Assembly (NCBI GenBank): GCA_963737635.1
Contig: CAVTTL010000001.1
Span: 1,504,001-1,568,000 of the forward strand
Source: an uncultured Methanoregulaceae archaeon
Lineage (GTDB): Archaea; Halobacteriota; Methanomicrobia; Methanomicrobiales; Methanospirillaceae
Direction of reading: 5' to 3'
Length of the DNA: 64,000 nucleotides
Shown here: piece after piece, positions 1-9,916 of the stretch
Numbering within the stretch: position 1 is the stretch's first letter
Layout: the number at the start of each line of letters is the position of its first letter
The notes under the pieces: model-generated
Database searches by the model: none
What the model was told of the DNA's origin: nothing
Seen by the model: only the letters and a program-made list of their open reading frames with translations
Translations under genes and position numbers: made by a program

Positions 1-1064
1 TGCTGTGCCGCAATGTCTGCGAGTGAGCGGGAGTTTTGCCAGACCGGTGTTGTGATACCGATCGAATCGGATCCTTTGGTGAACTGGATTAGGGAAGAGA
101 TGCGCTGTGCAGCTGCTGAAGCCTTCCCGGCATATCCACTGAGCCTCGGATCGGGCTGCGTATCTTCGAGAAGGGTGAGGCATCCCTGCAGCGCTGTAAG
201 CTGGTTATTGATATCATGCCCGGTAATGCTGGAGAGCAGGTTAAACTTCATATGTACCTGCCGAAGAGCATCTTCCGCCCGTTTTCTCTCGGTAACGTCC
301 TGAATGATACCAATTACTCCAATGATTTTGCCATGAGTATCGTAATTTGGCGAATAGACCCCTTTAACCCAGCCTTTATTTCCTGTGGATGAAATAAAAA
401 ATTCATAGTCTGACGATTCCGCGGGAGTGCCTGCAAGTGCCTGATTTAGGAGAAGATCGATCCCGTTCTGCTTATGGAAGGGAAATAGTTCAAGTGCATT
501 TTTTCCCTGTACCTCTGCCGCTTTCAAGCCGGTGAGATCTTCCATGAAACGGTTCCAGAGCGTGATCCTCATATTCCTGTCATAGATAATGATCCCCTCT
601 TTTGCATCAGCGATCACCGTTCGCAGGAATTTTTCGGATTCCGAGATCTGGTTCTCAGCAGTCCGTCGCGTTACCGCAATCCGGATCTTGTGGGCAAGCT
701 CGGCAAACTGCGCTTTCGTTTCTCCTCCTTTTTGAACATAGAAGTCGGCTCCATTATCGATCGCAAGAATGACTACCTCTTCTCTTCCCCGTCCGGTAAA
801 CAAAATAAACGGAATCTCTCCAAGGCGCTTCCTCACTTCCACGAGGAACTGAATGCCATCTGTACCGGGCATCTGGTAATCGGAGATAATGGCATCAAAA
901 TGGCTCTTTTCGAGTAACTGCAGTCCGTCAGAGGCGCTCAGTGCAGTTGTTACCACAAATTCTCCGGATTTTTCGAGAAATACTGTACAGATATCAAGGA
1001 GTGTGGCTTCGTCATCAACACAGAGGACGTGATATTTTGCGGTTTTCTTACTATGAGCCGGCAT
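1..1064 (-). CDS. Hybrid sensor histidine kinase (REC-PAS-HisKA), runs off the left edge of the window
   Basis: Translated by hand, absent from the ORF track because its stop lies outside the window. ATG at 1064 gives MPAHSKKTAKYHVLCVDDEATLLDIC (receiver), then a PAS domain ending DVTERKRAE and an H-box LLSSITGHDINNQL. Confidence 0.88.
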   Translation of the reverse strand, partial: MPAHSKKTAKYHVLCVDDEATLLDICTVFLEKSGEFVVTTALSASDGLQLLEKSHFDAIISDYQMPGTDGIQFLVEVRKRLGEIPFILFTGRGREEVVILAIDNGADFYVQKGGETKAQFAELAHKIRIAVTRRTAENQISESEKFLRTVIADAKEGIIIYDRNMRITLWNRFMEDLTGLKAAEVQGKNALELFPFHKQNGIDLLLNQALAGTPAESSDYEFFISSTGNKGWVKGVYSPNYDTHGKIIGVIGIIQDVTERKRAEDALRQVHMKFNLLSSITGHDINNQLTALQGCLTLLEDTQPDPRLSGYAGKASAAAQRISSLIQFTKGSDSIGITTPVWQNSRSLADIAAQ

Positions 1065-1406
1065 CGCTAGTCTTCCCTTCTGGATTAATAGTCTTTGATC
1101 GTTTTCCATCAGTTGTAGTACCCTGGCATTTACCTGTAGGAAACGGAAAACCCCATACATTATGGAGGAAATCAGCCGATAAGCTGCTGTGGGGTCATGA
1201 TAAGGTGCTGCCCCGGGTGATCTCCTCGGCCACTCAAGATTGGTATATGTACTCTCGCCCTCCCCGTAAATATATATTTTTCTTGAGAACTCTAGATAAA
1301 AGGAAAAAATATATTTTCCAAGAATAGTGCATCAATAAAACTAAAAAAAAGCCGGTCGGGATCATTTCCCGCAGATTCCGATGCAGAATGCACCATTGGC
1401 GAAAAA

Positions 1407-3107
1407 TTACGCGGTCTTGATATTTTCCGCTGCTTCAAGGCCGAGTTTCTTTATAGACTCATCCCGCATCACAAATTTCTGGATCTTGCCGGTCACGCTC
1501 ATGGGGAAATCGTCCACGAAAAGAACATAGCGCGGGATCTTGAAGTGGGCGATCTTTCCTTTGCAGAAGTCTTTTACGTCCTGCTCGGTCATGGTCAGAC
1601 CCGGTTTCATCTTCACCCATGCGCACAGCTCCTCGCCATACTTAATATCCGGCACTCCAACCACGTACACATCCGCGATCTTCTCGTTGTGGTGGAGGAA
1701 CTCCTCGATCTCCCTCGGATAGATATTTTCGCCGCCCCGGATGACCATGTCCTTTAACCGGCCGACGATCTTGAAATATCCCTCTTCGTCCATCGTGGCG
1801 AGGTCTCCGGTATGGTTCCAGTGGTCCTTGTCAAGCGTGGCATGGGTCGCCGACGGGTTGTTGTAATAGCATTTCATCACGCAGTACCCGCGGGCACAGA
1901 TCTCGCCGATCTCTCCCGTTGGCACAATCTTACCCGTCTTTGGGTCGACGATCTTGAGTTCGGTGTGGGGGAACGCCCGGCCGATCGTGGTGACGCGGCG
2001 CTCGACCGGGTCCTTGGTAGTCGTCATCGTAACGCCCGGTGAGGTCTCGGTCTGGCCGTACACGATCACGATCTCGCTCATGTGCATCTTGGTATTGACT
2101 TCCTTCATCACTTCGATCGGGCAAGGGGAGCCGGCCATGATGCCGGTCCGGAGGGATGTGAGGTTGTACTTCGGGAAATTGGGATGGGTGAGCTCGGAAA
2201 TAAACATCGTGGGAACGCCATGAACCGCGGTGCAGCATTCCTTCTCTACGGTCCTTAAGACCTCCTCCGCATCGAAGGTGGGAGCGGGAAGCACCATGGT
2301 CGAGCCGTGGGTGGCGCAGGCCATGTTGGAGAGGACCATGCCGAAGCAGTGATAGAAGGGCACCGGGATACAGAGCCGGTCTTTCTCCGTAAATCCCATC
2401 CCCTCGCCGATGATATAGCCGTTGTTGAGGACGCCGTGATGGGTGAGCACGACGCCTTTGGGAAAGCCGGTGGTGCCGCTGGTGTACTGGATGTTGATGG
2501 GGTCGTCAAAGGAAAGGGCTTCTCCCCGCTCCTGGACTTCGTCCATGGTGATCTCCCCTGCTTTTTTCATGAGTTCGTCCCACGTGAACATACCGTTGTA
2601 CGGGATTTCGCCCATGAAAATGACGTTTCTCAAAAACGGGAACTTCTCCGAGGATATCCGTCCAGGCTTCTGTTCCCATGCCTCAGGGCAGGCCTCAAAG
2701 AACATCCCGACGTAATCCGAGGTCTTGAACCGGCCCTGCAGGATGAGGGTCTGGATCTCGGACTGCTTAAGGACGTACTCGAGCTCATACGTGCGATAGG
2801 CAGGGTTAATGTTGACCATGATCGCCCCGATCTTTGCAGTGGCAAACTGGATCACGATCCAGTCGGCATGGTTCATCGCCCAGATGCCGACCCGGTCGCC
2901 TTTTTCCACTCCCATGCCCATGAGGCCCCGAGCCACCAGGTTGATCCGTTCGAGGAATTCCCGGTAGGTCCAGCGTATGTTCTCGTGGACCGAGACGATC
3001 GCCTCGTTGTCCGGGTATCTGGCCGCGATATGATCGATCATCTCACCCATCGTCATTCCCAGCAGGGGAAATTCCGATGTCCCGCACGTATAACTGCCCT
3101 TTTCCAT
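1407..3107 (-). CDS. AMP-binding acyl-CoA synthetase (fatty-acid-CoA ligase family)
   Basis: Motifs [41 protein letters not shown] and terminal TGKIQK. Confidence 0.93.
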   Translation of the reverse strand: MEKGSYTCGTSEFPLLGMTMGEMIDHIAARYPDNEAIVSVHENIRWTYREFLERINLVARGLMGMGVEKGDRVGIWAMNHADWIVIQFATAKIGAIMVNINPAYRTYELEYVLKQSEIQTLILQGRFKTSDYVGMFFEACPEAWEQKPGRISSEKFPFLRNVIFMGEIPYNGMFTWDELMKKAGEITMDEVQERGEALSFDDPINIQYTSGTTGFPKGVVLTHHGVLNNGYIIGEGMGFTEKDRLCIPVPFYHCFGMVLSNMACATHGSTMVLPAPTFDAEEVLRTVEKECCTAVHGVPTMFISELTHPNFPKYNLTSLRTGIMAGSPCPIEVMKEVNTKMHMSEIVIVYGQTETSPGVTMTTTKDPVERRVTTIGRAFPHTELKIVDPKTGKIVPTGEIGEICARGYCVMKCYYNNPSATHATLDKDHWNHTGDLATMDEEGYFKIVGRLKDMVIRGGENIYPREIEEFLHHNEKIADVYVVGVPDIKYGEELCAWVKMKPGLTMTEQDVKDFCKGKIAHFKIPRYVLFVDDFPMSVTGKIQKFVMRDESIKKLGLEAAENIKTA

Positions 3108-3264
3108 CGTAAAAGTATGGAGTAATGGCAGGATATATCATTAATGCATTCGATCCCGGCGGCATGCCCGGGCTGACCCGTGCATTCTTATAAGGAAAAC
3201 CATTAAATTTCGTCAACGCGACTTTGTATAGTCAAGGGAGCATTGAGGCTTTCCTGACGTATGA

Positions 3265-3434
3265 GGGGTTGTGGCCAAGCCCGGAATGGCGACGGGCTCC
3301 AGCGGTCTTTGCGTTCTTTCGTGCTCGCAGATGATGAACAATGGGTCTCCTGAGAGATTCGATGATGACCCGTTGGAGCACTGATGCATGTCGGAGAGAC
3401 CCGTCGATCGTGAGTTCAAATCTCACCAACCCCA
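3265..3434 (+). tRNA. tRNA-Trp(CCA) with a 96-nt intron at position 37/38 (3303-3398)
   Basis: Acceptor stem GGGGTTG/CAACCCC+A. Anticodon stem ACGGG/CCCGT with CCA at 3299-3301. T arm GTGAG-TTCAAAT-CTCAC. Bulge-helix-bulge: AGC bulge, CTCC/GGAG helix, AGA bulge. Confidence 0.97.
3331..3384 (+). ncRNA. Box C/D methylation guide RNA inside the tRNA-Trp intron
   Basis: Box C ATGATGA 3331-3337, D' CTGA 3350-3353, C' ATGATGA 3362-3368, D CTGA 3381-3384. Both 12-nt guides pair with the pre-tRNA exon-intron junctions. Confidence 0.93.
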
Positions 3435-3486
3435 CGTTTTCTCGTATGTTCTTCTCACGAGCGAAGCGTACTGCCACAGATCTTTT

Positions 3487-4304
3487 ATGAACCGGCGTAC
3501 CAATCCATTACCACGGGTCACGAGACTGCATGTAGTCGATGCCTTCACCGGTTCCCCGTTTCACGGAAATTCTGCCGGTGTCTGCGTCCTTGACGGCCCG
3601 GCCGATCCCGGGTGGATGCAGCAGGTTGCCGCCGAACTGAAACATTCGGAGACAGCGTTTCTCCGTCCCGGCTCCGGTACATGGAACCTGCGGTGGTTAC
3701 CCCGGAACAGGAAGGTGATCTCTGCGGCCATGCAACGCTTGCCGCAGCCTTCGTGCTCTGGGAGACCAACCGAGTGGCGCAGGCAGACTGCTATAACCTT
3801 TGAAACACTCTCCGGGAAGCTTTCCGCCTCCCGGGAAGGAAAATGGATCCTGCTTGACTTCCCCGCCGATCCTGCCCGGGAGATCCCACCGGTGCCCGGG
3901 CTCGAACAGGCGCTGGGAGCGGCACCGGCCTTTGTCGGGAAGGATCGTTTTGACCTGCTCGTTGAGCTTCCAACCGCATCGGACGTATGTGATTGTGAAC
4001 CTGATCTGGCTGCCCTTGCCGCGATTCCCGTGCGGGGCGTCATCGTCGCCGCAGCCTCAGATCTCAGGGACGTCGATTTTGTCTTCCGGTTTTTTGCACC
4101 CGCTGTTGGCGTCCCGGAAGACCCGGTGACCGGTTCTGCCCACTGCTGCCTCGGGCCGTACTGGGGAGAGAAACTGGGAAAGACCGAACTTCCCGGGTTC
4201 CAGTGTTCTGCCCGGGGAGGGACGGTGAACGTCAGCTCGCCGGCGACCGGGTGATCCTGTGCGGGCATGCGGTACGGGTCTTCTCCGGGCAGCTGCTGGT
4301 GTAA
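3487..4304 (+). CDS. PhzF family isomerase/epimerase (frameshifted near 3698, 3788 and 4235)
   Basis: Motifs VDAFTGSPFHGNSAGV, SETAF, DLCGHATLA (in the alternative frame) and RFFAP...EDPVTGSAHC. The C-terminus continues in another frame to TAA at 4304. Confidence 0.88.
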
Positions 4305-4385
4305 AATCGCCGGTTGCTGGGGCATTTTCCGCGTAATCTTATCATGGTTGACGGTCACATAAGTAACCGGAGATAAGAGATTCGC

Positions 4386-5567
4386 ATGTATCTTGTCGGA
4401 GAAGCACTCATCGGCGAAGGCGCGGAACTTGCGCACATCGACCTGTTGCTGGGAAACAAGGAAGGCCCGATTGGATCCGCTTTTGCAAACGCGGTATCCC
4501 AGTTGTCTATGGGGCACACCCCGCTTTTAGCGGTCGTCCGCCCGAACCTGCTCACCAAGCCCGCTACCGTGATTATTCCGAAGGTAACGTTAAAAGGCAT
4601 GGAGCAGGTCAACGAGATGTTCGGACCTGTCCAGGCAGCAGTCGCAAAGGCAGTTGCCGACAGCCTTGAGGAAGGTGTTTTTGCAAATGTCGATATCGAG
4701 GATATCGCCATTATTGCATCGGCATTTGTTCACCCGGACGCGAAGGACTACAACCGGATCTACCGGTACAACTACGGCGCGACCAAGCTTGCCCTCCGTC
4801 GGGCGCTTGATAAGTTCCCGGACGAGAAGACCCTTGTGTACGAGAAGGACCGGGCAGCGCATGGTATCATGGGATTCAAGGTGCAGCGCCTCTGGGACCC
4901 GCCGTACCTGCAGGTGGCGATGGACCTCGTGGATATGGTTAAAGTCGCCCAAGTCTTGAAGGAAGTGCCGCAGAACGATCACGTGATCATCGAGGCAGGA
5001 ACGCCGCTTATCAAGAAGTTCGGGCTTTCCGTCATCGGCGAGATCCGGAAGCTGCGCCCCAATGCGTTTATTATCGCTGACCTGAAGATCCTCGATACCG
5101 GCAACCTTGAAGCACGGATGGCGGCCGACGCAACCGCAGATGCGGTTGTGGTCTCGGGCCTTGCCCCGACCTCTACTATTGAGAAGGCGATCGCAGAGGC
5201 GAAGAAGGTCGGTATCTACTCGATCATTGATATGCTTAACGTACAGAACCCGGCAAAACTCATCGAGAAGCTGAAAGTGAAACCGGATATTGTTGAACTC
5301 CACCGGGCGATTGACACCGAGGACACTGCCCACGCGTGGGGCGATATTGCCGCGATGAAGAAAGCAGCGGGCGGGAAACTGCTCGTTGCAACCGCCGGCG
5401 GTATCCGGGTCGATGTCATCAAGGACGCTCTCAAGGCTGGTGCGGATATTCTTGTGGTTGGTCGGGGTATTACGGCAAGCAAGGACATCGAGCATGCGAC
5501 CGATGAATTCCTTGACCAGCTCAACCGGGAAGAGATCGACCAGTTCCGGATTATGACTGATTTCTAA
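4386..5567 (+). CDS. fae-hps: Bifunctional formaldehyde-activating enzyme / 3-hexulose-6-phosphate synthase
   Basis: Fae N-domain (LVGEALIGEGAELAHIDLLLG, FGPVQAAVAKAV, YNYGATK) fused to an HPS barrel (LQVAMD, EAGTPLIK, ADLKILD, AGGI, VVGRGIT). Confidence 0.95.
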   Translation: MYLVGEALIGEGAELAHIDLLLGNKEGPIGSAFANAVSQLSMGHTPLLAVVRPNLLTKPATVIIPKVTLKGMEQVNEMFGPVQAAVAKAVADSLEEGVFANVDIEDIAIIASAFVHPDAKDYNRIYRYNYGATKLALRRALDKFPDEKTLVYEKDRAAHGIMGFKVQRLWDPPYLQVAMDLVDMVKVAQVLKEVPQNDHVIIEAGTPLIKKFGLSVIGEIRKLRPNAFIIADLKILDTGNLEARMAADATADAVVVSGLAPTSTIEKAIAEAKKVGIYSIIDMLNVQNPAKLIEKLKVKPDIVELHRAIDTEDTAHAWGDIAAMKKAAGGKLLVATAGGIRVDVIKDALKAGADILVVGRGITASKDIEHATDEFLDQLNREEIDQFRIMTDF

Positions 5568-5772
5568 ATACAGCAGAATTACTCTTTTTTTAGGATGCAA
5601 TTAAGTTAGAAGCCCGGTCGGCGCACTATGCATTGATGTTCGAGGCACCCCTATCAGTGAAGATCATAAAACAGATGATGATGGCTGTTCATCAGTTGAA
5701 ATTTAGCTGTGTTTGGCGAGTAATATCGTCAATTTTTTATTGTGAATTGAACAGTCATAAATATGGAGAAAA

Positions 5773-6189
5773 TTGACGCAGAACGATTTTTCAGCAGTAT
5801 CCTCAATATTCAAATTTCAACGAATTAAAAAATGCAGAAATTTGATAATGCCAATTACTTATCAAAAAGCATTTTCAGATGATCAAATGATATCCAAAAA
5901 TACGTCATCTGATTACAATGTCAATTGCTTATTTTATTCGGACAATCAAGAAATTCTTTGGCAATTTTTAAAGGAATCTTATATTCCCGATTATGAAAAA
6001 ATGGCTCAGTTTGGAACAATTGTAGTATCATCAATTTCTGCTTTAATTAAACTTTATGAGATATTGAAAGATAAAAAACCACATGGAATATTTAAAGTTG
6101 AAATCGTTAGATTACTTAATAAACATCAGTTTTATGAAATACAGGGATTTGAAGGAGAAATTGGTGATTTTGAAAAAATGATTGAATAA
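5773..6189 (+). CDS. Hypothetical AT-rich protein, start uncertain
   Basis: 138-codon open frame in a strongly AT-rich insert. No family recognised. Confidence 0.45.
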   Translation: MTQNDFSAVSSIFKFQRIKKCRNLIMPITYQKAFSDDQMISKNTSSDYNVNCLFYSDNQEILWQFLKESYIPDYEKMAQFGTIVVSSISALIKLYEILKDKKPHGIFKVEIVRLLNKHQFYEIQGFEGEIGDFEKMIE

Positions 6190-6339
6190 CTAAACCAAGT
6201 CATATTTTCGTTCGGCCGGGCATCAACTGAAAGAATACGATGCATTAGCTCAGTCACACCTGCAGCGATTATCCGGTCTGCCAGAGAGTCTTTTACGATG
6301 CGCAGATCTGCGCAAGATCGTGTACTACCCTACCGTAGA

Positions 6340-6480
6340 ACCCCCAAAAACCCGCGGTTGCATCTCTTTTTAGGAGAATACGTCTGGAGATACAATCATC
6401 GATCAGATCCAGAAAGGATAAAAATGCAGAGAATCATTCAACTGTTAGAGAAAATTAGGTGTTAAACTGGTAGTTTACCC
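6340..6480 (+). mobile_element. IS1595-family (ISXO2-like) transposase 3' remnant with putative terminal repeat
   Basis: 6355-6465 translates RLHLFLGEYVWRYNHRSDPERIKMQRIIQLLEKIRC*, matching the L..Y/FL.E..WRYN.R C-terminal motif of IS1595 transposases. It is followed by GGTGTTAAACTGGTAGTTTACCC (6458-6480). Confidence 0.72.
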
Positions 6481-6572
6481 TTCAATTATAATAAAATGTT
6501 CAAATCCACCTGAACAAAAGATCAATGAAACATTATATCCTGCATCCAAGGCATATTCTGAAAGGCAAGAAA

Positions 6573-7393
6573 ATGAGCGAAATTGACTGGGACACGCCGG
6601 ATATTGCGGTGCGGTACGACAAGAATTGCGATCACCAGTACCTGAAAGGGCAGTCACTGGTGGAAATGATGGGGATTTCCAACGGCGATACCGTTCTCGA
6701 TGTAGGATGTGGGACCGGCCGGCAGGCCGTCTATGTCTCTGGGATTATCGGATCATCCGGACGGCTCACAGGCATCGATCCTTCTTCGCATCGCATTGAA
6801 CTTGCTCAAGAAAAATTCGCCAGAGATCCAAAAGGGAATGCCAGGTTTCTGGTGGGACAGGCGGAAGACCTGAGTAGCGTACCGCTCAGTCAATTGACCA
6901 CGCATATTTCTGTTCCTCATTCCACTGGATTGATGACAAACCGCGGGCACTTAGGGAGATATTCCGGGTGCTGAAACCGGGTGGAAAGGTGGGGATGACC
7001 ACGCTCGACCGGGACAGCCCGCATATCATGAGGGGGATCGTGGATACCATTCTGGAGAAATATCAGGTGAAACGGACATATGAACGACAGGGTGGTAAGA
7101 AACGAGTCACCGCACCGGAACTCCGCGATCTTCTGTCGGGCGCCGGTTTTACCGATATTATCATTGAGCCACGAAACGTTCCCCGGCAGTATGGCTCACC
7201 GGAGGATGTCCTGAACCACCTTGGGATGCAAGGTGGGCCGGACTATCTGTTGAAGGGTCTCCCTGAAGATACCCGGCAAAAGATCATGGTCGAGATTACC
7301 GGTGAACTCAGAAAGAGACAGGGGCCGGACGGTATGGGGTTTGGGAATGTTACGCTGTTTGCGGTAGCGACAAAGCCAAAAGAAAATCTATGA
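6573..7393 (+). CDS. Class I SAM-dependent methyltransferase (UbiE/Tam-like; frameshift near 6883)
   Basis: Motif I VLDVGCGTG. Restoring one G gives SIDHAYFCSSFHWIDDKPRALREIFRVLKPGG. Confidence 0.85.
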
Positions 7394-7451
7394 AAAGGAA
7401 GTCTCATTTTTTGTTATTAAAAAAAGGGTGAGTCGATACGCGAGATCCCGT

Positions 7452-8201
7452 TTATTTATTCGAATCGCCTTTACTGTCAATAAGATTGATGAGATCGTGC
7501 AGTGGCTTAGTGCCTGATCCCACAACGATGCCTGATATTAATGCATCCCAGAAATGGCCACTTCCTAGTATAAAGGGGACAAAGTCAATGCCAAGTACCT
7601 GCAGTAAGCCGACAGTGAGATAACATACGAAAATCCCAACGCCAGAGGCGATGCACCATAATGAAACAGCTCTCGCTTTGTTTTTTGGACTTTTGGCGTC
7701 ATCGTCATTGTTGCCACCCAAAATCTGGGAATTACTGAAGGGTTCGATCAAACGTTCAATAAACTGTGCTAGCACATAGAAGACAGCGAAGATACTGATT
7801 CCGCTGGCAGCAGTACCAGCAGCTGAATTTGTAGTGGAATTAGATGAGCTGCTCGTAAAATTAAACGCGGGTGAAGAACTATTTATGAACGATCCCACGC
7901 CTAAATAACATAATCCGATGACGATACCGATAAAAACGACAATGAATATGAATCCAATGAGATAGATCCAAAAATTGCTTTTAGAAAAGCTTACGTTTGT
8001 TGTGGATCCTGCCTTCACATTCACCATTCTTGGAACCGAGGGAACACCGTCCTGACAGATTAAAATGGAATGTTTACCTTCATCGACATCCAGCGTTGTG
8101 TTTGTTTGTTCCGTCATTTCCTTACAATCCAGAAAGATATTAGCCTTATCTGGGACTGACTCTACGCTAATTTTACCTTTTTGTGGTTGACCTGGACTCA
8201 T
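7452..8201 (-). CDS. PEGA-domain membrane protein with an uncharacterised multi-TM C-terminal domain
   Basis: N-terminal PEGA-like segment ISVESVPDKANIFLD...VDEGKHSI, then a TM helix, a Ser/Thr linker and TM segments with QFIERLIEPF and GIVVGSGTKPLHDLI. Confidence 0.7.
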   Translation of the reverse strand: MSPGQPQKGKISVESVPDKANIFLDCKEMTEQTNTTLDVDEGKHSILICQDGVPSVPRMVNVKAGSTTNVSFSKSNFWIYLIGFIFIVVFIGIVIGLCYLGVGSFINSSSPAFNFTSSSSNSTTNSAAGTAASGISIFAVFYVLAQFIERLIEPFSNSQILGGNNDDDAKSPKNKARAVSLWCIASGVGIFVCYLTVGLLQVLGIDFVPFILGSGHFWDALISGIVVGSGTKPLHDLINLIDSKGDSNK

Positions 8202-8400
8202 ATGCCTACCCCGTAACCCAAAGGTATTACGTAAACACTACAAACCCCCTCTAATATATATGTATCTATTTTAATCTCTTTTATTATTCAGATATTTATC
8301 GAATTAAATCCCAGACTCATAAAAATATGAGAATCTTATTTCTGTTGCGTTGTCGGGACGCCACAGTTGCGGGGGGCATAGCTGAATCCCTTGGTAGTGT

Positions 8401-8468
8401 TCAGATGAACTCGCTTTTTAAAACAAATATTAGGAGGCAAAATCGGTGGTTAAAATGGGACTATAACC
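8401..8468 (+). mobile_element. Second putative IS1595-like end (degenerate)
   Basis: GGTGGTTAAAATGGGACTATAACC (8445-8468) matches 6458-6480 at about 18 of 24 positions by manual alignment, in the same orientation. Confidence 0.4.
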
Positions 8469-8643
8469 TTAATTTTTTCGGATTATGACTGATTTTCACT
8501 CTGGAAATACTTTTCTTCCTTCCCACCGGACATATCATTATTATTTTAGTGTGAATCAGCCATGACCGTTATTTCTGATCATCTACAGGGCAGCCGAAGA
8601 ACCGGTTTCAGGCAACGCGAGACATCCTGTCAGGAGGGTCACC

Positions 8644-9213
8644 ATGTCAGCGTCTGATCTCCTTTTCGTCCCCATCTGGGTAGGATTCTATGTTTACTGG
8701 CTGGTCTCGGCGTACAAGACCCGCTCCCCGGTGAAAAGGAAGCAGTCGCGTATCTCATATTTATCTTACGGGGTCCTCTGGGTCGCCATCTGGGTTTTGG
8801 TCGTCAGCTGGTTTGCACCCGATCTCTTGGGTGACCGTATCGTTCCTGTCGGCATAGGGTTTACTATAGCCGGCCTGCTCATCACCTTTGTCGGCCTCGG
8901 CTTTGCTATCTGGGCCCGGGTCCACCTGGGAAAAAACTGGAGCGGGATGCCCACGATCCGGCAGGAGCATACCCTTACCCGCACGGGGCCGTACCGATTT
9001 GTACGCCATCCCATCTATTCGGGGCTCATTCTTGCCCTCTTTGGGACCGCAATCGGTATTGGGTACTTCTGGGTCTTCTCCAGTGTCCTCCTCGTCTTCG
9101 TTCTGTTCGTGATAAAATTCCGGATGGAAGAACAGTTCCTCGAGGAGGAATTCGGCGAGGAGTACGCCAAATACAAAAGAGAAGTCAAGGCGCTCATACC
9201 ATACGTGATATGA
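8644..9213 (+). CDS. Isoprenylcysteine carboxyl methyltransferase (ICMT/PEMT) family membrane protein
   Basis: Motifs WARVHLGKNWS, GPYRFVRHPIYSG and EEQFLEEEFGEEYAKY. Confidence 0.92.
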   Translation: MSASDLLFVPIWVGFYVYWLVSAYKTRSPVKRKQSRISYLSYGVLWVAIWVLVVSWFAPDLLGDRIVPVGIGFTIAGLLITFVGLGFAIWARVHLGKNWSGMPTIRQEHTLTRTGPYRFVRHPIYSGLILALFGTAIGIGYFWVFSSVLLVFVLFVIKFRMEEQFLEEEFGEEYAKYKREVKALIPYVI

Positions 9214-9237
9214 AGGGGCGGGGCTTTGAAAAAAGAA

Positions 9238-9387
9238 TTACCGGATCTTAGGAATCGAACACAGGTTGCCGCACGAATTGATGCTGTACGACAGGAGGAT
9301 GGTCTCATCGTCAAGATCTTTTTCACCGATGCCGATCCTGCTTAGCTTGTCACGGATTAATTTTATCTTTTTTTCAGTATTTTGCAT
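9238..9387 (-). CDS. Possible 49-aa small protein
   Basis: ATG at 9387 gives MQNTEKKIKLIRDKLSRIGIGEKDLDDETILL...CGNLC. It fills an intergenic gap. No family recognised. Confidence 0.3.
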   Translation of the reverse strand: MQNTEKKIKLIRDKLSRIGIGEKDLDDETILLSYSINSCGNLCSIPKIR

Positions 9388-9544
9388 AAGACAATATATC
9401 ATTGGCGGGTGACACGATAAAGGGATGTATGGCAGAAGGAGTTTACGTTTTTGATTCTGTTTTCCGCACTGGGGCATCTGGGTTTGATAATGGATCTTTA
9501 AGTTTATCCTGTATCAGGTGTATAGTTGATAATCCGGGAAGAGT

Positions 9545-9916
9545 ATGGACAAGAAATTAGTAATCGATACTCTCGGCTGGGGTCTCCTCCTCTGGTTCAT
9601 TGGCTATGTTCTCGGCATTATCCTGTTCTTTGTTCTCCCGGTTTCGTTGATTGGCTGGGCAATCCTGCCGATAGGGGTCATCATCACCTTCTGGGTCTTG
9701 TTCAAAAAAGTGAAACGTGAAGATTTCCGGTATTATGTTATTCTGGCCCTCACCTGGACCGCGATTGCTCTTATCTGCGATTATGTGTTTATCGTCTGGG
9801 CACTGAAACCGGCTGATGGATACTACAAGCCGGATGTGTACGTGTATTATGCACTGATATTCGTCATGCCGCTTATCGCCGGCTGGTGGAAAAATCATGC
9901 AAACAGCAAAATGTGA
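9545..9916 (+). CDS. Four-TM hypothetical membrane protein
   Basis: Four hydrophobic segments and a YYKPDVYVYY loop. Confidence 0.8.
   Translation: MDKKLVIDTLGWGLLLWFIGYVLGIILFFVLPVSLIGWAILPIGVIITFWVLFKKVKREDFRYYVILALTWTAIALICDYVFIVWALKPADGYYKPDVYVYYALIFVMPLIAGWWKNHANSKM

Noticed and set aside
3213-3486. ORFs 3213-3419 and 3232-3477 and the N-terminal extension of PhzF from 3388
   Set aside because: They overlap the tRNA-Trp gene and its intron.
2307-5600. Long antisense ORFs (2307-3125, 3561-4517, 4590-5600 and similar ones elsewhere)
   Set aside because: They are shadow frames of well-supported genes on the opposite strand, typical of this codon bias.
5670-5710. Second box C/D sRNA starting at ATGATGA
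   Set aside because: No properly spaced D', C' and D boxes follow.
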